DNA of 64,000 nucleotides from a bacterium (lineage in GTDB: Bacteria; Zhuqueibacterota; Zhuqueibacteria; Residuimicrobiales; Krinioviventaceae). Shown here piece after piece: positions 36,671-46,404 of this stretch. Both the position numbers and the translations under genes were made by a program. Each line of letters starts with the position of its first letter. Position 1 is the first letter of the stretch. The notes under the pieces were generated by a model. The model did no database searches. It saw nothing but the letters and a program-made list of their open reading frames with translations, and was not told the origin of the DNA. The DNA lies in contig CAXXMD010000002.1 in assembly GCA_963675755.2 (NCBI GenBank), positions 2,016,001 through 2,080,000 on the forward strand, read 5' to 3'.

Positions 36671-37882
36671 TTATTTTGTGTCCCAGTAATTAATCGAGGG
36701 ATCCAGAGAATAAAGTGACATAATCTCTGAACTCAGGTCGGTACGGTTTATTCCGTTCACTTTGAACAATATTTCGAAACATTCAGTATTGCCATCGTTT
36801 GTTTGAAATTGTTCCTGGACCGTTTTTAACAGTTGAGGATTGGTTAAATACTTTACGCTTTGTATTACACCAATATCATGAAATGAAAGAAACAGCATTA
36901 CTGTATTTCGGTTGGGACCCGAAAACTTGGCTACAATGCTATAGTCATCATGCATTGACTCTGACTTGCCGATTTGATGATATTCTGTGGCTTCTTTTCC
37001 GGTTTTATCAATGAGCGATACGATATTCTCTTCTGTATCAATCGTAAAATGTGAATTTAAGAAAAAATTATTAAAAAAACCACAAGTCTTGAATAATCCA
37101 ATAAAAATTACATTATAATGCTGTAGATATTGCATATTAAACCGGGACATGAGACAAATCTCAAAATCTTGATCACTCTCAAGCAAAACAGGCATTAATG
37201 CTTTAAGATAAAAAGGAGTACCATAAGCAAGATAACTAAAATCAATTTCCTGATAATGAATACTGCTGTTACCATTTTCAGATATATAGTGCTGAAAATC
37301 ATTGCTGTTATTCACACTATAATCTCTTATTACCGCCGACTGTTTCGTTTTCTCATCTGTTTGTTGAAAGAAATAATAATCACCAAGCACTATCATTACA
37401 GGTTTTTCGTCATGTGCTATATCTTTCCAGATGGATGAATTGGAAACTTTAGACTGCCCTTGCTGCCAAATCATATATATCCATAAAAAAGCTATAAATA
37501 CCAGGCACACCAAAGCTCCAATTGCAAGGGTTTTCCAAATATTACTTTGTTGGTGTACTGAATACTTTTTTTCAATATATTCAATTTTATAACGCCCTTT
37601 GGGTATACGAAAAACAACCTTGTCTTCCCTGCCTTCAGTCAAATAATAATGTTCAAGCTTTTTACGCAGCAAATGGATCTTTACTCTGACAAATGACAAG
37701 TCCTGATTTGTAGTTCCAGATGTGTCCCGTTGAAAAAGATCATAAGCAATTTGTGATTCCTTGGGTATTTCTCCTTCACGTGTTGCATTATACAAATAGA
37801 TCAGTAATTGCCGGTCATTTTCCGATTTAAACTCGTTACTGTTTAAAATTTTCTCAAGATGTGAATCATAAACCGTATTCAT
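36671..37882 (-). CDS. Membrane-anchored winged-helix (ToxR/CadC-like) one-component regulator
   Basis: N-terminal VRVKIHLLRKKLEHYYLTEG...IPKGRY, one TM helix and a large periplasmic domain. Confidence 0.7.
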   Translation of the reverse strand: MNTVYDSHLEKILNSNEFKSENDRQLLIYLYNATREGEIPKESQIAYDLFQRDTSGTTNQDLSFVRVKIHLLRKKLEHYYLTEGREDKVVFRIPKGRYKIEYIEKKYSVHQQSNIWKTLAIGALVCLVFIAFLWIYMIWQQGQSKVSNSSIWKDIAHDEKPVMIVLGDYYFFQQTDEKTKQSAVIRDYSVNNSNDFQHYISENGNSSIHYQEIDFSYLAYGTPFYLKALMPVLLESDQDFEICLMSRFNMQYLQHYNVIFIGLFKTCGFFNNFFLNSHFTIDTEENIVSLIDKTGKEATEYHQIGKSESMHDDYSIVAKFSGPNRNTVMLFLSFHDIGVIQSVKYLTNPQLLKTVQEQFQTNDGNTECFEILFKVNGINRTDLSSEIMSLYSLDPSINYWDTK

Positions 37883-38000
37883 ATAACTGCCTGAAATTAA
37901 GTTTTTTACCGTTAATAACCGTTATTTACTGTACTTTGACAAATATTCTTTTATTTTAATAAAAAAGCTAACAATAATATCAATAGGATCAAAAAGAAAA

Positions 38001-39569
38001 ATGAAAAACATTATGCAATCTGGTAAAGCAATTACAGTTTTAACTGTATTGCGGGTAATTGTAGGTTGGCATTTCTTATATGAAGGAATTGCCAAACTCG
38101 TAAATCCAAACTGGTCAGCAGCAGCATACTTGATGGAATCCAAATGGCTTTTTTCCGGCTTTTTTCATTGGATCATCGCCAACCCAACAATTCTGAATAT
38201 TGTTGATTTCCTCAATATCTGGGGACTCATTTTTATTGGTCTCGGATTATTTGTGGGCTTGTTCACACGCACTGCAAGTTATGCGGGCATCTTACTGTTA
38301 ATGCTCTATTATGTTGCAAATCCCCCGTTTGTTCACTCTAGCGCTCCGTCAGAAGGTCATTATTTTATCGTTAACAAAAACCTCATCGAAGCTGCAATCC
38401 TTCTTCTATTTGCATTGATGAACAAAGAATCCCTTTGGGGCATTGACAGGCTTTTATCACTCTATACGCAAAAACGCAAAAACAAAACCTTCCCGGAAGC
38501 AGACAATCATGACCTGAAAGAATTTGTTGATAATCCCAGAAGAGAGCTATTGAAGAATCTGGTTACTCTCCCGGTGATGGGTGCTGCATTTTTCGGTGTA
38601 GCTAAAAAGCATGGTTGGATAAGCTTTGAAGAAAAAAATCTAAAAGCTGCAGATGCACAAACCAGTGCTTCGGTTCTATTCACCAGCGGTATGGATATTA
38701 AAGAACTTAAAGCTCAAGTCCCTCATGGAAATATCAAAGACAACCAAATCAGTCGTATTATCGTTGGTGGAAACCTGGTTAGCGGATTTGCCCATTCACG
38801 TGATCTTATATATGTATCTTCAATTTTGAAAAAATATTTCACAGATGAAAAAGTAATAGAAACCCTGTGGCTCTGCGAAGCTTGCGGTATCAATACCGCC
38901 CTGCTCAGAACCGACGAAAACACCATTAGGATTCTTGATAAATATTGGAAACGAGGCGGAAAAATCCAGTGGCTGGCACAAACATATCCCAAAGAAAATG
39001 ATTTTACAAACGTACAAATGGCAATTGACCATGGTGCCATGGGAGCTTTCTGCCAGGGAGCAATTGCAGACACATTTATAAGAGATAATAAACTGGACGT
39101 ATTGGAAAAAACAATTTCATTTATCAAAAGTAAAGGTATCATTGCCGGAACTGCCGCACACTCGCTCCAGGTACCAATTGTTTGTGAAAAATCGGGATTG
39201 GATCTGGATTTCTATATGAAAACCCTGCACCATGATAAATATTGGTCAGCTCATCCCAAAGACATGCGCATCGAATTCAACCAGTTACAACCCAATAACG
39301 ATGACCACAATCGCTATCACGACAATATCTGGTGCATCAATCCTGAAGAAACAGTAGAGTTTTTCAAAAACGTAACTACACCCATGATCGCTTACAAAGT
39401 TTTAGCAGCTGGCGCTATCAATCCCCAGGATGGATTACAATACGTGTTTAGTGGTGGTGCTGACTTTGCCTGTATTGGCATGTTTGATTTTCAGGTTGTT
39501 GAAAACGCAAATATCACAAATGATATTCTAAGCCAAAACCTCTCTCGCGAACGCAAATGGTATGCATAA
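38001..39569 (+). CDS. DoxX/DoxD membrane domain fused to an aldo-keto-reductase-like domain
   Basis: LRVIVGWHFLYEGIAK and VNKNLIE (DoxX); ISRIIVGGN and IAYKVLAAG (AKR-like barrel). Confidence 0.75.
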   Translation: MKNIMQSGKAITVLTVLRVIVGWHFLYEGIAKLVNPNWSAAAYLMESKWLFSGFFHWIIANPTILNIVDFLNIWGLIFIGLGLFVGLFTRTASYAGILLLMLYYVANPPFVHSSAPSEGHYFIVNKNLIEAAILLLFALMNKESLWGIDRLLSLYTQKRKNKTFPEADNHDLKEFVDNPRRELLKNLVTLPVMGAAFFGVAKKHGWISFEEKNLKAADAQTSASVLFTSGMDIKELKAQVPHGNIKDNQISRIIVGGNLVSGFAHSRDLIYVSSILKKYFTDEKVIETLWLCEACGINTALLRTDENTIRILDKYWKRGGKIQWLAQTYPKENDFTNVQMAIDHGAMGAFCQGAIADTFIRDNKLDVLEKTISFIKSKGIIAGTAAHSLQVPIVCEKSGLDLDFYMKTLHHDKYWSAHPKDMRIEFNQLQPNNDDHNRYHDNIWCINPEETVEFFKNVTTPMIAYKVLAAGAINPQDGLQYVFSGGADFACIGMFDFQVVENANITNDILSQNLSRERKWYA

Positions 39570-39597
39570 AATTTATTCTTCATTCATTTCTTCACTC

Positions 39598-39627
39598 AGG
39601 TCCCGGGGTTCACCTGGGGCCTTTTTT
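39598..39627 (+). terminator. Intrinsic terminator
   Basis: aggtcccgggg-ttca-cctggggcct followed by tttt. Confidence 0.65.
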
Positions 39628-39763
39628 ACATTAATATCTTGAAAAATTGGAACTTACAAATCACTCTCTCTAATTAATATTAAAGCAATCAATCATTATT
39701 TTTCTTGAAAGTTTGCTAAAATAGTTTATATTAATATCGTCAAATAATGTTTTGGATGCTTGA

Positions 39764-40573
39764 ATGGACCAGAAAAACACTTTATTGTTACTAACTATAT
39801 TTTTCTCTTTACTGTTATTCTCCTGTGCTGCAGAAACCCCATTACCTGAAAAGGGCCTTTGCGCGCATCGTGGAGCGAATAATACACATCCTGAAAACAC
39901 TTTACCCGCGTTCAAAGAAGCAATTCAACTTGGCGCGCAAATGATTGAGTTTGACGTCCGTCAAACCCAGGACAAACATCTCGTTATCATGCATGATGAA
40001 ACATTAGACAGAACAACCAACGGTACCGGAGCTGTTACAGAAAAAAACTTTGACTATATCCGGTCTCTTGATGCAGGCAGTTGGAAATCAGATAAATTTA
40101 CAGGCACTAAAGTTCCTACCTTTCAGGAAACACTCGATATGATGCCGCGTAATATATGGCTCAATATTCATATCAAAGGAGATCCACAAATCGGTGCAGA
40201 GATAGCCAATATAGTAGTTAAAGAAAAACGTCTGCACCAGTCAGTACTGGCCTGCTCATACGACATGGCTCAGACCGCGTTAAAAGTTAATGACAACATA
40301 CTCATTTGTAATATGGACAGGCAAGATTCTTCCTTGCAATACACCAAAGAAACAATTCAAAACAACTGTGAATTCTTGCAATTGAAAACACGGGCTGATT
40401 CTGTGCTAGATCAAATTATCCCACAATTGCATGCAAACAATGTTAAAATCAATTACTTTAGCTGTAATTCCCCCGTCAAAATGAAATTATTATTCAATGC
40501 AGGAGTGGATTTTATATTAACAGACAAACTGGCAGAATTAATGTCTGAATATAAGCATTCAGCTCAACATTGA
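39764..40573 (+). CDS. Glycerophosphodiester phosphodiesterase (lipoprotein)
   Basis: AHRG, PENTLPAF, EFDV and MHDETLDRTT; lipobox FSC. Confidence 0.92.
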   Translation: MDQKNTLLLLTIFFSLLLFSCAAETPLPEKGLCAHRGANNTHPENTLPAFKEAIQLGAQMIEFDVRQTQDKHLVIMHDETLDRTTNGTGAVTEKNFDYIRSLDAGSWKSDKFTGTKVPTFQETLDMMPRNIWLNIHIKGDPQIGAEIANIVVKEKRLHQSVLACSYDMAQTALKVNDNILICNMDRQDSSLQYTKETIQNNCEFLQLKTRADSVLDQIIPQLHANNVKINYFSCNSPVKMKLLFNAGVDFILTDKLAELMSEYKHSAQH

Positions 40574-40722
40574 TGGTATCTACTCTTTGAGTGAATACCG
40601 AAAAATCCGCAACATAATATTTTTTGCCTCATGATTGCCCACAAGCGGCACATGGATTGCAAAATATAAAATTATGAAATATTTGTTATGATTTGTATAT
40701 TAATATGAACTGAGGTTAAATT

Positions 40723-41091
40723 ATGTCCGTCTATTGTAAATACGATACTGAAGAAAATATTCTTCATATTAAAACAGACAAGACATTATCCAAAGAAGCA
40801 TTGAGCGAATATCGCACAGTGCTGAAAACTTTGCAGCTGAAACCCGGCGTAAAATGCCTGGCAGACTTTACAGAAGCCTGTTACTATACAAGAATAGAAG
40901 ACATGCTTTTAATAGTTGGTGCTGCTGAAGAAACAGGTAATCTTTTGCCAAACTCACAAATCGCTCTATGTACGAATAATGACCTGGCTTTTAGAATGGC
41001 TTTAATTTACGAAGCTGTCAGTAACCGAACCCAGGCGTGGGTAAAAATTTTCCAGAATCCCAACGAAGCGATTTTGTGGTTTAAAAACTAA
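40723..41091 (+). CDS. SpoIIAA/STAS-SEC14-like small protein
   Basis: IALCTNNDLAFRMALIYE...IFQNPNEAILW. Confidence 0.65.
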   Translation: MSVYCKYDTEENILHIKTDKTLSKEALSEYRTVLKTLQLKPGVKCLADFTEACYYTRIEDMLLIVGAAEETGNLLPNSQIALCTNNDLAFRMALIYEAVSNRTQAWVKIFQNPNEAILWFKN

Positions 41092-41138
41092 AAAAGTGAA
41101 TAGCAAAATCCAGGTAGTAAAACTATTGGGGTGCAGTA

Positions 41139-41513
41139 TTGCCTATATCGTTTGAATTTGATGAAGAGAATAATTTTCTCTATGAATTCGGAACAGGCCC
41201 ATTATGTGTTGATGACTTTATTCAACATCGGCAAACTATTTCCAAACTTGCTTTAAAATCCGGTTTAAAATGTTTTTGTGATTACAGTGGTGCTGAAATC
41301 GATATGCACTTTAACGATATGCAGCAAATATCATTATCTGTTATTAGGTCAACAGAACTTGTTCAAATCAACAATGTCAAGATCGCAATTTATATTGACA
41401 ATGATCTTGGATACGGTCTGGCACGCATCTGTGAAGCCATGACCACAGATGAAAAACATCAAGTTCGGGTATTCAGATCTATGGAAAACGCAAAAACATG
41501 GTTAGACATTTAA
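41139..41513 (+). CDS. SpoIIAA/STAS-SEC14-like small protein (tandem paralog)
   Basis: KIAIYIDNDLGYGLARICE...VFRSMENAKTWL. Confidence 0.65.
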   Translation: MPISFEFDEENNFLYEFGTGPLCVDDFIQHRQTISKLALKSGLKCFCDYSGAEIDMHFNDMQQISLSVIRSTELVQINNVKIAIYIDNDLGYGLARICEAMTTDEKHQVRVFRSMENAKTWLDI

Positions 41514-41587
41514 AATTTACACTCAACGTATTCCTGCTAAATTCATAAAAATCTGCTTCGAAAAACGCTTGTATTCCTGACACAATA

Positions 41588-42109
41588 GTGTATATTATAG
41601 TATCCACACTCCAGGAGTTGCTTTTGAAATCTAGAATTTTATATGATTCCGTATTTGGCAATACTGAGGAAATTGCAAAAGCTATGTACAATGCAATTAA
41701 TGCAAATATTGATACAGAGATATCAAGAGTGAATGACACACATCCTCAGGATTTGTTAAATTATGATTTGCTCATTGTCGGCTCTCCAACACGGGCGTTC
41801 AGCCCCACACCGTCTACATCAAAACTCTTGAAACAAATCAAAGCTAGAGGATTAAAAGACACTTTTATTGCAGCCTTTGATACACGTATGGAAATCGACA
41901 AAATTAATTCTAAATTCCTTAAAGTAATGGAAAAATTATTTGGATACGCGGCCAAACCCATAGCCGACCTGTTGATAAAAAAAGGAGGCAAACTTGTTGC
42001 GCCACCGGAAGGCTTTATTGTAGATGGCGAACAAGGGCCGTTAAAAGCAGGTGAACTAGAGCGTGCCGCCAATTGGGCCAAAACTTTATTAACTCAAATA
42101 GAAGATTAA
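41588..42109 (+). CDS. Flavodoxin-family protein
   Basis: YDSVFGNTEEIA, LIVGSPT, AFDTR and GELERAANWA. True start is probably the TTG near 41624. Confidence 0.88.
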   Translation: MYIIVSTLQELLLKSRILYDSVFGNTEEIAKAMYNAINANIDTEISRVNDTHPQDLLNYDLLIVGSPTRAFSPTPSTSKLLKQIKARGLKDTFIAAFDTRMEIDKINSKFLKVMEKLFGYAAKPIADLLIKKGGKLVAPPEGFIVDGEQGPLKAGELERAANWAKTLLTQIED

Positions 42110-42110
42110 T

Positions 42111-42416
42111 ATGAAATACTCTGAAATCCAAATCGACAATCCTATCGATCTAAAAAGCATCAACAAATTCATCAAAGATCTGGGAAACTGTACAACACCG
42201 CAACTTTTGATTGATATCGGCGATCATCATTTTGAATCCATCGAAGCCATTCAAGAGCTAAAAACCAGACTCTTGAACAAAGCAGCCATATTGGATCGTT
42301 TTGAAAAAATCGCTATTATTCATCCTCCCGGCTTTCCAAATGAAAGTGAAGATGAAGACATTTACCAATATTTTAGTGATCAAAAAGAAGCGGTCAAGTG
42401 GTTAAATAAAAAATAA
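42111..42416 (+). CDS. SpoIIAA-like small protein
   Basis: FEKIAII...YFSDQKEAVKWL. Confidence 0.55.
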   Translation: MKYSEIQIDNPIDLKSINKFIKDLGNCTTPQLLIDIGDHHFESIEAIQELKTRLLNKAAILDRFEKIAIIHPPGFPNESEDEDIYQYFSDQKEAVKWLNKK

Positions 42417-42434
42417 ACTATCAAGGGGGATTCA

Positions 42435-42848
42435 ATGAAATCCATACTGTGGGGTATTATATGGATTTGTATCTTTTTATTCTTTGCATGCAGCAGAGAT
42501 TTTTCTCCGCTGACAACCGAATATGAGGAAAAAACTTTATCAGCAGAAATATTTGTTGCATATGATGAACCACCCTCCCCAATCGGTGGACTTTCAGCCA
42601 TACAAAAAGCATTGATTTATCCACAATCCGCTATTGATGCCAAACTTGAAGGCAGGGTAGTCGTTAACTGCTTGATTGACACGATGGGTTTAGTAAAAAA
42701 AACCTCAATGTTGGTTTCATTATCAAACGATTGCGATAATGCGGCCATCAACGCGATTAAAAGCATTCACTGGCTCCCGGCAAAATGTAAAAATAAACCT
42801 GTTAATGTATGGATAGGTATTCCCGTCGTATTTAGATTACCTGAATAA
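42435..42848 (+). CDS. TonB C-terminal-domain lipoprotein
   Basis: Lipobox FAC, YPQSA..LEGRVVV, CDNAAINAI and IPVVFRL. Confidence 0.85.
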   Translation: MKSILWGIIWICIFLFFACSRDFSPLTTEYEEKTLSAEIFVAYDEPPSPIGGLSAIQKALIYPQSAIDAKLEGRVVVNCLIDTMGLVKKTSMLVSLSNDCDNAAINAIKSIHWLPAKCKNKPVNVWIGIPVVFRLPE

Positions 42849-42876
42849 AAAAAAGGAGACCCTCGGGTCTCCTTTT
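42847..42876. terminator. Bidirectional intrinsic terminator
   Basis: aaaaggagaccc-tc-gggtctcctttt. Confidence 0.85.
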
Positions 42877-42902
42877 CCATTTCATGCTTGTTTGTTCCCT
42901 TT

Positions 42903-43367
42903 TTATTTCGCCGCACCTTCCAATGCGCTCAACTTTTCCAATGGGCTTTTGAAAGAATCACCACTTCCCGCAGCCGGAGCTGCCAGTTCGAGCGATTCCA
43001 AGCGCTCAAGTGGACTACCGCTCAAAGGTTCGCCGAATTCCGTACCGCTCATTTCACTATAATCATCCTCATCAGACAGCAATACATCACCAACCTGTAT
43101 GTATTGCCCGTTAAAGGATTCCACCTCTTTGGCTGCAATACCATTTTGCAGTGCTTTAACAACCTCTAAACGGCCAATACGCTGATAATCAAAACCAACC
43201 ATTCGGTATACATCGTACTGCATACCGCGATCACCCAGATCCATATTGGTATTGATCAGCACATAATTGTTGATGATCTTGACAACCTGGCCAATCTCCA
43301 TGGCAGCTTGCAGACCGGCTGTCAGAATCAAAAGAAACACCAGAATATTTATAAATTTATTCATCAT
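42903..43367 (-). CDS. Secreted hypothetical protein (small beta-barrel, FlgT-C-like)
   Basis: Signal peptide, IGRLEVVKA and IQVGDVL, plus a repeated SPLE(R/K)L tail. Confidence 0.55.
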   Translation of the reverse strand: MMNKFINILVFLLILTAGLQAAMEIGQVVKIINNYVLINTNMDLGDRGMQYDVYRMVGFDYQRIGRLEVVKALQNGIAAKEVESFNGQYIQVGDVLLSDEDDYSEMSGTEFGEPLSGSPLERLESLELAAPAAGSGDSFKSPLEKLSALEGAAK

Positions 43368-43382
43368 AACCTCTACAATTTA

Positions 43383-44609
43383 TTAAAAACTGTAAATCAA
43401 AGAAACACGTTTAAACAAGTTACCGCTTGTTGAATAATCCTTTCCACTGATAATAAAAGGACCATTGTGTAAAAAGTCTGCACCTGAATTGGTGTCAAGC
43501 GCAACATCAATTTTCAGATTGCGCAGGCGGAAATAGAGACCCAAATTAGCCACATAATTGTTAAAGTATTCATTGTACTCGTCAAGCTCATCAGCGCTAA
43601 CTGCAGATTTCATGGTCATCTTTTCAATTAATTTGTACATTGACATACGGAAACCCAGCCAATGGTACAATTCAGCTTCCATACCAATATTTACAAACGG
43701 TAAAATAGTGGTTCCGCTTTCCGGTTGAACACCGGCAGTTCCCGTAATGAGCGTTACGTCTGTAGTAGATGATGAACGCATCATACCGGTTGCACAGGTT
43801 ACCAATACTTTTTCCCGGGGAACAATATCAAAACCCGCGCCAACGGTTAAACTGTTTTGTTTCTGAGTCAAAGATGCAATACCACCGGTAAATGAATTCT
43901 GTTTAACGGCATTGTCATACCCCATACCGCTGTTGGTGTAATTGAAAAAAGGTACAAGTACAACTTTATCTGTCATAGAATACAAATAACGGGCTGTAAA
44001 GCTGATTGTGCGATGACCACTGGGCTCGCGATAAATTGCAGTATCACGAGATGTGTCTTCATACTGAAAATCTCTGCCTGTGTATGAAAAAGAAGCATCA
44101 AGCTGGTTGCGGGAATCCGCTTTGTAACTCACACCCGCTTCAATTGAAGTACTGGACAAGTGACCGTTTTGACTAACATCGTTTACAGGATCAGAATATT
44201 CGCCCTTGTTCGTATAAGAAGCCAGATGAACACCGTAATTAAATACACCGGCACGATATCCAACCAGAATATCCATCTTTTGAGTTGCAACATAACCGGC
44301 AAGTTGAGGATCGGTATACGCGATTGTACGAGTATCATCTGTCAGGTACAATCCCAGGCTGATCTGTGAGGTAATTGGCAAATTTACACCACCACCGGCA
44401 AGAGGATTACCAGTATAGGATTCCATAAAAACATTATTGTCATAGTTAACCAGGGTTGAAGGGAACAGCCAAATATTATAACTGTCAATCACATAATAAT
44501 TGGCAAGATATCCCAGTGACTGTACACGTGTACCACTGGCAGACAAAGGTGCGGCTGCTGTTAACAGCAAACATAGAACGAGGAGCACAATTTTCAAGGT
44601 TTTCATCAA
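43383..44609 (-). CDS. Outer-membrane beta-barrel protein
   Basis: Signal peptide, alternating amphipathic strands and C-terminal VSLIYSF. Confidence 0.7.
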   Translation of the reverse strand: MMKTLKIVLLVLCLLLTAAAPLSASGTRVQSLGYLANYYVIDSYNIWLFPSTLVNYDNNVFMESYTGNPLAGGGVNLPITSQISLGLYLTDDTRTIAYTDPQLAGYVATQKMDILVGYRAGVFNYGVHLASYTNKGEYSDPVNDVSQNGHLSSTSIEAGVSYKADSRNQLDASFSYTGRDFQYEDTSRDTAIYREPSGHRTISFTARYLYSMTDKVVLVPFFNYTNSGMGYDNAVKQNSFTGGIASLTQKQNSLTVGAGFDIVPREKVLVTCATGMMRSSSTTDVTLITGTAGVQPESGTTILPFVNIGMEAELYHWLGFRMSMYKLIEKMTMKSAVSADELDEYNEYFNNYVANLGLYFRLRNLKIDVALDTNSGADFLHNGPFIISGKDYSTSGNLFKRVSLIYSF

Positions 44610-44842
44610 AGCCTCCTGTAAACATTTTCCAATGAAAATGATTTAATTTGGGGGTAATCTTCTTACCCGTCACTATAAAGGAATGTCTGAAGATAACTTA
44701 TTATTCCTATAAAATCAAGAAAAAATTACTTAACAGCATAAAAAACTTGACGTTAGCCAAAAACTACGTGTCATAAAATTTCCAGCTTGAATTCATCATA
44801 ATAAAATACTATTTTAAGAATCCCAAAAAAAAGGAATCAAAT

Positions 44843-45814
44843 ATGCTGAAATCAATCCGGTTGTATTCGCTTTTACTTTTATTTCTTGCAATTGCATGTG
44901 CAAAACCAACACAAAACGCTACGCCGCAACGTCCCGAAATAATCAAACTCGGTACAATTGATTGTGATCTGGTAGAAACTACCCCCATTGTATTCAATGA
45001 AAAAGTTTGGCGTTTTGAATATGTTAGAATCAAATATGCGCACAATACTACCGGAGATTCGTATTTTCGTTTCATCAATCACGAAACCGGTCAAGCGACT
45101 GCCCCCTTTGCAAAAGGATACCATTTAGGTAGTGCGTTTGTTGAAAAAGATTCTGTATATGTCAGTTGTGTAGACATTTGGGATGGTGAGATTATTCAAC
45201 TATTTGTATCGGCAGATCTTGAGCACTGGACCACTCGAACCGCATTAAATCTGCCGGGATATGGAATTTTCAACACATCCATGTGTAAAGCAGATGATCG
45301 GTATGTTCTCATGTATGAGATTGGTAAACCCAAATCAGAAGCCGGCGTTCGCTTTACCGCAAACTTTGCTGAATCTCAAGACCTCCTGAATTGGAAAACC
45401 TTACCTGCGGAATGCAATTACGCTAAAGATCGCTATACCGCACCGCATGCACTGCGCTACCTTGATGGATATTTTTATGATTTCTATCTAGAAGCCCATG
45501 AAGGTTATGAAATGCGGATAGTACGCTCAAAAGATCTTGTCACCTGGCAACCCAGTCCATTCAATCCGGTTCTCAAAGCATCGGATAAAGACAAACAGAT
45601 TGCGAACCCAAAGCTGACAGATGATGAACGAGAACGGATCCTGAATGCAGAAAACATCAACAATTCTGACATCGACTTTTGTGAATTCCAGGGAAAACTG
45701 GTAATCAATTACTCGTGGGGTAACCAGCGAGGCAAAGAATTCCTTGCAGAAGCAGAGTACAAAGGGACGTTAAAACAATTTCTAACAGGATGGTTTCCAA
45801 TGACAGACCAATAA
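44843..45814 (+). CDS. Lipoprotein with five-bladed beta-propeller glycosidase-like fold
   Basis: Lipobox IAC; repeats SADLEHW, SQDLLNW and SKDLVTW; NNSDID. Confidence 0.6.
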   Translation: MLKSIRLYSLLLLFLAIACAKPTQNATPQRPEIIKLGTIDCDLVETTPIVFNEKVWRFEYVRIKYAHNTTGDSYFRFINHETGQATAPFAKGYHLGSAFVEKDSVYVSCVDIWDGEIIQLFVSADLEHWTTRTALNLPGYGIFNTSMCKADDRYVLMYEIGKPKSEAGVRFTANFAESQDLLNWKTLPAECNYAKDRYTAPHALRYLDGYFYDFYLEAHEGYEMRIVRSKDLVTWQPSPFNPVLKASDKDKQIANPKLTDDERERILNAENINNSDIDFCEFQGKLVINYSWGNQRGKEFLAEAEYKGTLKQFLTGWFPMTDQ

Positions 45815-45911
45815 AAAAAGCTATTTTTAGAAAAATTTATTTTTAAAAAGCTATTTTTTACTAAAAATCTGGTAAAAAAATAATATTTATTTAAAATAAT
45901 AAAACTTTTTG

Positions 45912-45940
45912 TTGCATTTCAATAATAAATAATGTAAATT
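45912..45940 (+). promoter_or_regulatory. Probable sigma70 promoter of csp, implying a long AT-rich 5' UTR
   Basis: TTGCAT-N17-TAAATT, about 190 bp upstream of the csp ATG. Confidence 0.45.
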
Positions 45941-46126
45941 TGTAAACTAAATAACTGTACGCCGTTTTTATGCTAGTTAGAAAAATTTGTTTACAAAAAA
46001 TTTTATAAAAAGTTCAAAAAAAAGATTATCGCTGCGAAGAGCGTAATGCTGTTCAATGCGATTTTTTTTTGTCGATACAGCAAAAAAAAGTGTACAAAGT
46101 TTTATTTTATCATGAAGGAAAGTACA

Positions 46127-46327
46127 ATGGAAAAAGGTACTGTAAAATGGTTTAACGGTTCAAAGGGTTATGGCTTTATCACTAAAGAAGACGGCCAAGA
46201 TGTGTTTGTTCATTTTAACGCCATCAATGGTGATGGATACAGAACATTGGATGAAGGCGATCAGGTAGAATTTGAGACCGAACAAGGCCAAAAAGGTTTG
46301 CAAGCAGCGAATGTAACTAAATTATAA
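46127..46327 (+). CDS. cspA: Cold-shock protein
   Basis: [23 protein letters not shown]; SD AAGGA; 66 aa. Confidence 0.95.
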   Translation: MEKGTVKWFNGSKGYGFITKEDGQDVFVHFNAINGDGYRTLDEGDQVEFETEQGQKGLQAANVTKL

Positions 46328-46345
46328 TTCTATATACTTGTAAGC

Positions 46346-46385
46346 AAAAGCCCTGTTAATTTATTACCAGGGCTTTCTTTTTTTA
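46346..46385. terminator. Bidirectional intrinsic terminator
   Basis: aaaagccctg...cagggctttc with T runs. Confidence 0.75.
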
Positions 46386-46404
46386 TAGCAGTTACAATTG
46401 ACTG

